In this document: positions 49,026-57,251 of the stretch, piece after piece | How the letters are laid out: each line of letters opens with the position of its first letter | How positions within the stretch are numbered: position 1 is the first letter of the stretch | Assembly (NCBI RefSeq): GCF_001194135.2 | Contig: NC_068982.1 | Coordinates: 166,994,159-167,051,409, forward strand | DNA: 57,251 bases | Direction: 5' to 3' | Origin: Octopus bimaculoides | Taxonomy: Eukaryota | The notes under the pieces: model-generated | Seen by the model: only the letters and a program-made list of their open reading frames with translations | Database searches by the model: none | Told to the model about the DNA's origin: nothing | Made by a program: the position numbers and the translations under genes

Positions 49026-50076
49026 CATAAAGTTATTGGTATTATGATGGATATTCAGCCATAGAAACTCATTCACAGCAGACACTGAAATATTCTGCAG
49101 TCTTCAGATCTGTTGGATCTTGTTGATCTGTCCAACCAATACAAAGCTTGAAAGATGGATGTTAGAAGATGTTGATGATAATGACACCGTAAGGCTTGTG
49201 AGAATTCTTTAGTCTTGCAGAGGACATGATGACCCCTCTAATGTTAGTGTCCCACTATAATGCACCCAGTATGTTGCATAATGTGGTTGGCTAATGAACA
49301 AAAACAAAATACAATCAACCTGACTCTTTAGCCTTACCAAGGATGTGACAACCTCAACAGTGCTGGTGTCATGATAAACTGCACCTAATAGACTCTCTAA
49401 AGTGCTGAGCTAATGAACCGAAACAGCATTGGATCGAGAGCATTCTTTAATCTTGCAAAACACAACCACCTCTCTAGCGCTGGTATCATAATAAGATATG
49501 CCCAGTATACTCTGTAAAGTAGTTGGTCTAGGAAGGGCTTCCAACATTAGAAACTGTACTGAAAGTAAAATGTATGAATGAGATAAATTCCTCTAACCTA
49601 TCTAGGAGGGCAGCAACTGATTCAAATTCTGACAACCTGTCTTCTTTCTAGTATGGAAATCAGATTTAACATTATGAGGATGATAATAATGAATCATATG
49701 AAGGAGAGATATGTATTGTTGATTTAAAATTTGTTTGTGTGTATATAAAACAAATTGAAGAAAAAAAATACGACACTCAGACAGGACTTGAACTTCATAT
49801 CTACCAGGTGTCTGTAATAAGAACATGGTTCAAGGTCTGTTAATAGTTTGTTCATTTTTGAACTAAAATTTGTAGTTAGATATAAACAATGTTAATGCTT
49901 TTTATATTTAAAATATTCACTAAAGAAATGCAAAAGGAGCTGATTGAGCATCATCAGCAAAGTGTAGCCTCGCTATAATAACTTGCCGAAGTGATGTAGG
50001 AAATAAATCTCTCAGTAAATATACAGACATGCACATTTGTTGGTATAGAAAAATAGAATTTTTTTTTAATGAGTGA

Positions 50077-50136
50077 AAAACCTGCTACATCAAAACCTGC
50101 TACATCAAAACCTGCTACATCAAAACCTGCTACATC
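50077..50136 (+). repeat. Minisatellite (AAAACCTGCTACATC)x4
   Basis: Four perfect 15-bp units and a degenerate fifth. Confidence 0.92.
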
Positions 50137-51575
50137 AACAGCTTTCACATCTAAGAATTGAATGTCATTGTCTTGAATGGGTTATACTGTTTTTCTCTTA
50201 AAGCTAGAGATAATCACCGTCAAAGTTTTGACATTAATTTATCCATGCTGACATGGGTCAGCTTCGTCTGCAACTGAGCATATATTTATTTATGTCAGTC
50301 CCGTGTAATCTCATTTCTGAGACCTAACATTCTCAACTCTGGCTTTACTAAATCTTCTTCAGTCTATTTCTACCTCAAGTGCCAGTTACAATCAATTTAT
50401 TACAGCATTTCTTCATTTATCAAATGTTATTCATTTAACACTAGCCATACCAGTGCGGCTGTTTCTCCTACACACCTCAATCAATACTTTTTAATTAGAC
50501 ATCAGGAAACCTCTAATTAAATACTGCAAAGCTCTATAAGTATATATAACTATATGATGATGAAATTGTACAGTTAGAGGAGCAAAATTAACAACATTCA
50601 GCATGTGTATGTATCTTGTGGCCTGTTGTGTTTTTCTGTTTTGGTAATTAATATTTTCTCTATCATATTCTGCTATGTATCTGTCTTCAATCATTCACTA
50701 TGCTAGTTTTCGGTTTCATATTACACTTGATACAACTTTAAAATTCTGTTTCTAAATTTGCCAGACACTTAATTATTTAGGTTGTGTTCACATTTTTAAA
50801 ATTTTATATCAAATTAATATTTTTGCCTTTGGACTTCTAGTTGTTTTTGATGACTTGTACACATTTCTTTATTTACTTTTAGTTTAGTCAGCTCTTGTAA
50901 CTATCTTCTTTACCCAGGGTCAGATTAAATCCAACTGATGACTAAACACAGCTCAGTGACATAAGTATTGAATGTTAAATAATACATTAAAAAATGTTTT
51001 CTTGAGGTCAGACTTCATGACTAAATTAACTATAACCTGGTTTCCAATTTTATTCATTTAGTTCTGAATAACTGTAATCAATGTAAGCAAATTAATACAG
51101 GAAAAAATGCAAATTTTCCGCACTTTTAAATTTACCATATATAGACCATGGAAAAACTAGAGTTGAAAAACCTCATAAGCACATATTTATTGTTTTATGG
51201 GTAATTTGAGCCTACTCCCACTTTAATTGCTTCTTTAATCATCTATTTCATGATACAGTTACTTTATATGTCACAATATATGGATATACTGGTAAAATTT
51301 CAACTTTGTTTTCGAACATAACATAGTCATTTCACTATTTTTATGGGTTTCTTAAATCCTTGTTTTTGCCACAATTAATTTTAATAGTCTTTTTTATTTA
51401 TTTATTTATTAAAAATCTATTCCCCTACAAACTAGCTGTTTGTACTTTAATAAGCCAGTATATATTACTTAACTACTATAATTACTACAAGTATTTACAG
51501 CTCCACATTCTGTTTGCTTTACAATGGTACAGTATAGTGCTGTTGTTTTTATTTTATGATTTGTTATATATATCA

Positions 51576-51902
51576 GGAGTGGCTGTGTGGTAAGTAGCTT
51601 CCTTACCAACCACATGGCTCCAGGTTCAGTCCCACTGTGTGGCACCTTGGGCAAGTGTCTTCTACTATAGTCTCAGGCCGACCAAAGCCTTGTGAGTGGA
51701 TTTGGTAGACGAAAACTGAAAGAAGCCCCCACCATCGCTTGACAGCCAATATTGGTGTGTTTATGTCCCCATAACTTAGTGGTTTAACAAAAGAGACCGA
51801 TACAATAGGTACTAGGCTTACAAAAAATAAATCCTGGGATCGATTTGTTTGACTAAAGGTGGTGCTCCAGCATGGGCGCAGTCAAATGACTGAAACAAAT
51901 AA
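51576..51902 (+). mobile_element. tRNA-headed SINE (family A)
   Basis: Homologous to 43688-44079. Confidence 0.82.
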
Positions 51903-51923
51903 AAAAATAAAAAATGAATAAAA

Positions 51924-51954
<31 letters not shown>

Positions 51955-52762
51955 CCAACCACAGAACAATGACTGACAGAATGTCAATTTCAGCAATGAT
52001 TTACCCCAGAACAAGACATGCTGAGATAGACATAGCATTTCATTTGCTGCACTAACAACAGTTTTAGATCAGACTAAAAATGTCAAATGTAATTTTTTGT
52101 TTGTTTTATCTTATTGTTATATGTCTTTAATAATGTTACTAAATCAAGGATATTCAACCCTAAATATTACCTCTAAGTAGCAGATGGCATAAAATATACC
52201 ATAAAAATCATAAACTAGATGTAGAGAATCTTTGATGTTAAGGCCACACAGTACAATTTGGAACATTAGTTGTATCCTATCGATGTTTTGTTTATAGATC
52301 TTAAATCTACCTTCATTCATGTTTTATTCTATATTGGTATACTGGTTGAGGACAACAATCTATAATGTATATTGAAAAGAGTATAAATGATATTTGAGCA
52401 TTCACATATCAAATCAAAAACCATTTTGCTTTTGTTTGTTTGTTTTTGTTTTTAATCAACTAATTAGTATGAAATATTACTATTGCATCATTATTAGGTT
52501 CTTAAGCAAGTTGCAAGACAACTTACACTTTAATGTCATTTTGATTGTGAACTGTATTAAACAAATAAATGACTATTTATAGAATTTTTCATGCATTCTA
52601 AGTGCTAATATCTTACAAAGCTTCATTTAAAATTAGTTCTATGACATGAATCGAGTGGGACAGAAACTCTGAATAAGAATGGACTCAGATTGCAAACAAC
52701 ACGTCTAATTCAAACCAGCATGGAAAGTTAGCATAAATATGGTGATGATGACAATAATGATA

Positions 52763-52813
<51 letters not shown>

Positions 52814-53119
52814 TCTCAACTCTCTGCTGAGTTGATGAAGAATCCATTTTAGGCCTTCTTCAGTGACGGTTTCTTATACCCCTAATTTATAATATATACT
52901 ATAGTTTCTCATATTCAATCTATGCTAGTGTGGAGAAATGGACATTAAATGGTGATGATGATATATATTCTCTGAACCGACTCAGCATGAAGTAACTTCA
53001 TATTCTATATAGAACCTCCAAACTAAGAGAAAATAGCAGTAATTGAAAAGAATATTTCATTGGGATATCTTGTTTTATGGAATGATGATACTCTCTTTTT
53101 GGTCACTAGTGATGTACTC

Positions 53120-53345
53120 CATCCTCTCCTCTTACCCTCCTCTCTTCCTCTTACCCTCCTCTCTTCCTCTTACCCTCCTCTCTCCTCTTCTCTCTCTTCT
53201 CTCTCTCCTCTTCTCTCTTTCCTCTTCTCTCTCTCCTTCTCTTCTCTCTCTCTTCTCCCTCTCTCCTCTTCTTCTCTCTCCTCTCCCTCTCTCCTTTCAT
53301 CCCTCTCTTTTTCGTCCCTCCCTCTCTCTCATTCCCCTTCTCTTG
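53120..53345 (+). repeat. CT-rich low-complexity polypyrimidine tract
   Basis: Direct reading. Confidence 0.85.
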
Positions 53346-53839
53346 TTACTTTGGTTGATATCATTATCATGAAGAATTTAAATTCTAATTATTTGATTGT
53401 CCTTTCCTTTAATCATTGCAAGTACAATCCCCCTGATTCAATGCTCCTAGCATCAAGCTATATATGTCTTCTATAATTCTTATCAGCTATAACTACAGAA
53501 AATGTTACATTGAGTTCTTTGTTTCCTGATCCTAAACAAACAATACATTTGTAGCATCACTTTACATGAACATATTTCAGAATGGTTTTTCGTTCATCAT
53601 CTATAATACAACTAGTTTAAAAGAATCAATTTATTAACTTAGCAAAATAATACCTTTCATTTTCTTCTCTTTTAAAGATACTCTTAATTACATTTTATGC
53701 CCCAAAAGTCTAAGTGAAAAAATTACAATTAGTGAAATATGATCTTTGGATGTTAAGTCTCACGGAGGCAATGACAAATGACTCTGAGTTTTAGTGATTT
53801 TCTGTGCTTGAGAAGACACATCAATCTAAATGAATTGTA

Positions 53840-54018
53840 GTCGTTGCCAGTGACATGCAAGAGGCATCCCTATGGAGTGGTTGGCATTAGGAAGGGCATC
53901 CAGCCATAGAAACCAAGCCAAAACAGACCAGAGCCTAGTGCAGCTCTCTGGCTTACCAGTTCCAGTCAAACTGCCTAACCCATGCCAGCATGCAAACAGA
54001 TGTTAAATGACGATGATG
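53840..54018 (+). mobile_element. Degenerate RTE-family 3' fragment
   Basis: ggagtggttggcattaggaagggcatccagcc...aacccatgccagcatg...gatgttaaatgacgatgat. Confidence 0.7.
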
Positions 54019-54106
54019 CTAGTCTTTTGTTTTTGTAAGTACCAATGTAATCAAAACTGCATAATTTTGCTTTAAATCTGAATATATTTTAATTTTTCTA
54101 TTTCAG

Positions 54107-54244
54107 GTTACCTGAAGGGCTAGCTTTAATCCCAATCATTGTTTATTTTCCTTTTGGTTTTCTTCTTGCTGTTGTCCGATTCTTTATTGGTTTGCAAACT
54201 CTTTTAGTATCATGCATCTTACCAAAGTTTTCACCAGTGCGTAG
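54107..54244 (+). CDS. AUP1: AUP1-like exon: hydrophobic hairpin (LPEGLALIPIIVYFPFGFLLAVVRFFIGLQTLLVSCILPKFSPVR)
   Basis: tttcag acceptor, gtaagt donor, phase 2 to phase 2. The Y-x-P-x-G...R-x-F-x-G...LVSC-x-LP pattern matches the AUP1 lipid-droplet hairpin. Confidence 0.85.
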
Positions 54245-54691
54245 GTAAGTCTGGCTATTATAATCCTATTTATACACAGTAACTTGGGGTAGTTGTATTG
54301 GTTCTCAACTTCAAGCACGCAAGTGCTGCAATAATGATTGTACTCATGTTAGACACAATTAGCCTGCTTCTGCAAAATAACATTTAGTAGTCATTTTTAT
54401 ATCTTGAATACTGTATGAAGACCATTATATATACATTTGTGTATATATCATTTGTACAGTTCCTTGTCAGTTATAGAGCTGCATAAGTAAATGAAATGCC
54501 AAGTCAAAAAGTTAGCTTCTATTGGTTCCATCACCAGGTCCTTTGATTTTAAAATGTTCATAGATATGTACCCCATAGTGGAACTGGTAACAGTTAGGAT
54601 GAATATTCATTAAAGTGCTATATTTAAGAGATGAGGAATTGTGTACATTATTTACATTCGACGGATATTTGTTTTCATCTTGTTTGCTGTT

Positions 54692-54737
54692 AACACAACG
54701 TTTCAGCTGATATACCCTCCAGCCTTCTTCAGGTGTC
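54692..54737 (-). ncRNA. Minimal type-I hammerhead ribozyme motif (left arm)
   Basis: GACAC-CUGAAGA-A-GGCUG[GAGGGUAUAU]CAGCU-GAA-ACGU-U^GUGUU; palindromic stem III (AACGUU). Confidence 0.7.
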
Positions 54738-55024
54738 TTGGGGAAATTTCGAACCTGGGTTCTCATTCCTAAGGTATTTTTCGATGTTATTATTGTTCAG
54801 GTCACTGCTTGGAATCGAACTCAGAATTTTGGGGTTAGTAGCCCATACACTTAACCACTATGCCATATGCCCATGGGCATATGGCATAGTGGTTAAGAGC
54901 GCAGGCTACTAACCCCAAGATTCTGAGTTTGATTCCAAGCAGTGACCTGAACAATAATTATAATAATAATAATAACATCGAAAAGTACCTTAGGAATGAG
55001 AATCCAGGTTCGAAATTTCCCCAA

Positions 55025-55070
55025 GACACCTGAAGAAGGCTGGAGGCTATATCAGCCGAAATGTTGTGTT
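55025..55070 (+). ncRNA. Minimal type-I hammerhead ribozyme motif (right arm)
   Basis: GACAC-CUGAAGA-A-GGCUG[GAGGCUAUAU]CAGCC-GAA-AUGU-U^GUGUU; stems I and II pair. Confidence 0.7.
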
Positions 55071-55356
55071 AACAACAAACAAGATGAGGAGAAATATCCG
55101 TCGAATGTAAATAATGAATATTTTGATTTATCTATTATTCACTTAAATCCCTCAAAATTGGAATTAAGCACTAGCTCCTATGGGGCTCTTAAAGACTTAT
55201 GTTTACATATCAGAATTATTTTCTTATTTACTCTCAGATTAAAAGAAACGAAGAAACCTTTTTGTCAATGATCTTTTTGCTTTTATTTTTGACATCTGAA
55301 TTATATTAAAATTTTGTGTATCTAATTGTATTTTCTTTGAATTTCATTGTCAATAG

Positions 55357-55507
55357 CTTTATTCTGCGTGTAATGTGTGCAGTACTTGGTTTCATAGTAA
55401 TTGTTGACGAACACAAACGAAGAGATGAAAAAGCCAAAGTGATTGTTACCAACCACGTTTCGTCGTTTGATCACTTCACAACAGCTTTAGTCTATCCCAG
55501 TCTGCTT
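55357..55507 (+). CDS. AUP1: AUP1-like exon: start of the acyltransferase-like domain (FILRVMCAVLG...VTNHVSSFDH...)
   Basis: caatag acceptor, gtacgt donor, in frame with the previous exon; MCAVLG and NH-x4-D motif as in AUP1. No further exon recognised before the window end. Confidence 0.85.
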
Positions 55508-55568
55508 GTACGTATTTCTCTGTTTTACTTTGTTTTAGTGGGGAAAGGAGCAAGACTATGGTGGTTTG

Positions 55569-55607
<39 letters not shown>

Positions 55608-57251
55608 TATGGTTGCTGTGAAAGAGTCCTTCATTTGTAGAGGTAAGATATGCCAATAAAAACTTAGGTTGATACAGGTAGAGTATCTTCTTAGGCCTCA
55701 GATATGAGATCAGAGTTGATACATTTTCCAAACCTTTCAACCCTTATTGAAACTATCCTTTACTCGGCTGTAGCTGGTTATTCAACAACAATGGCAATTT
55801 TATATATATTTTTTAACAGTGCATGTCTTTAGCTGTTCAGATTAGCTTTGAACAAATACCCTGCTGATTGCTCACATTTTCTGTCCATCTGAGTTGTTTT
55901 GTTTAAAGATTATACTTTTATTATAAAGCTGTTGTTGCAATTTTCCAAAATGCTGACATTAGAATTAATACAGCTTAGTGAGTATGTTACTGGATTAGCA
56001 GCACATTAGATTTTTGTTGTGTATTTGAGCAATATACTAAATTTATTTACTTCATGTCAGGGAAACTAGAGCTAATCACGAGAGTTCATTACCAAATATA
56101 ATCTAAGCGTCACAGACGTTGAGACATAATTTTGGCATAGTTTATGACAAATGTTGCTAGTTAAAATTTAAGATCCAATTCAGTCAAACAATATACATGA
56201 GTATTATTGTTTATATAATTTTGGTATTTATAAAAGGACTTATTTCGTTCTAAGTGCATTTCCCAAGATTACTAGAAACTAGCAGAACCCATGGAAATTC
56301 CACAGTTTATAAATGTTCATATTTTTATTTTGATGCATAAATTTAAAACTCTTATTACATTGTTTCATTATGTCTTTAATGTTGTTCCATAGTTAAGATT
56401 GTTAAATGCATAACATGTGACAAGTAGAATAATATTGATTTTATGGCATAAATTCTTTAGTATACCACTTCATTCTTTTCTATATTTCTTCTGGCTTTAG
56501 TCTTCCTATTGCTGTTGACTTAAAAGACCTAGATTCAATATCTGTTTTTGTTTTGTTATTTTCTATGTTTTATTTGGGTTTCTTAAGTTCCTATCATTGG
56601 AATTGACTAATTGTTATCTCTCCACAATCATGAAGAGGTTTATTTTCTGTGGTCTCCATCCTCCGGTATATCAGTAACTACTCTCTCAAGTCTTCATCAC
56701 ATCAGTTTTAAATGGCATACCTGTTATTTTATGAGAATGAGCAAAAGAGATACCAGCTCATTGTAGGTAGAGAGCCACAACAACAGGTTAGCAGTTTGAG
56801 GAGTAATGGAGGAAGGTTTAAAATAGATAGAAAGTTAGTAGAAATGCAATATTTTTATTTCTTTATTTGTAGCTATCAATAAGTGTGGTGATGTGTTTGG
56901 CAACCTGACAGTTTACTCGTCAACTATTACAGTCTTAAGAAAGGTTAATGTTTGCTAAAATGAATTTGTGAAATTATTAGCATAATTCACCTTATTTTTG
57001 TAATTTACTCTACATTTAGGATGTTGTTGTTCACATAATGGCTAAATCTTTTTGGCTATTACTGAAGGTTACATTTTGACTGAATATTTTGAAACTTATT
57101 TGAATCAAAATAAAAGAAGTACGATATGTCATATATCCAATAGATCTTGTGAACAATAGAAATCAAGATGAAAGTGGAGAGGAAATGGGCAAGAGTCTGA
57201 GACCGAAATATCAAAAATTCTCACATATATATATATACATACATACATACA

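Larger units (their letters stand above)
54608..55116. mobile_element. Head-to-head inverted pair of tRNA-headed, hammerhead-containing SINE/retrozyme-like elements
   Basis: Arms 54646-54873 and 54874-55116 are reverse complements; each has A/B boxes, an (AAT)n linker and a hammerhead motif. Possible TSD ATGAATATT at 54599-54607 and 55114-55122. Confidence 0.8.

Noticed and set aside
50077-50151. Regular 15-bp repeats as a CRISPR array
   Set aside because: Contiguous tandem units with no spacers, in eukaryotic DNA.
54875-54945. tRNA-like sequences here and at the heads of SINE families A and B
   Set aside because: A/B boxes are present but there is no closed cloverleaf or acceptor stem, and they run into repeat bodies. 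These are SINE heads, not tRNA genes.
57020-57080. tttag|GATGTTGTT... as the next AUP1 exon
   Set aside because: The in-frame translation hits a stop without a good donor and does not resemble AUP1.

Overview
Eukaryotic, AT-rich, repeat-dense genomic DNA. The repeat repertoire ((GAT)n-tailed RTE LINE ends, tRNA-headed SINEs, maT/mariner/Tc1 relics) points to a cephalopod, probably Octopus; this is an inference. Two host genes lie head-to-head. (1) A complete crooked-neck/CRNKL1 (Clf1/Syf3) splicing-factor gene on the minus strand: 16 coding exons, 5227-27696, 2121 nt, 706 aa. The frame only closes if the intron between exons 7 and 8 is an AT-AC U12-type intron. (2) The 5' part of an AUP1-like gene on the plus strand, with two clear exons (54107-54244, 55357-55507) and an unresolved first exon. 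The most unusual signal is in an AUP1 intron: a spacerless head-to-head pair of tRNA-headed (Pol III A/B box) elements, each carrying a minimal type-I hammerhead-ribozyme motif of the kind found in Penelope-like elements. A second repeat family (copies near 30.1 and 46.9 kb) carries a different minimal hammerhead with a non-canonical CUGUUGA core. Also present: a 568-bp MITE built around a telomeric (CCCTAA)/(TTAGGG) hairpin, a Helitron Rep relic, Tc1, mariner and maT relics, a CR1/L2-type LINE fragment, several local inverted and tandem duplications, and two assembly gaps (19872-20086, 30212-30221). All structures and translations were done by hand; no searches or folding programs were run.
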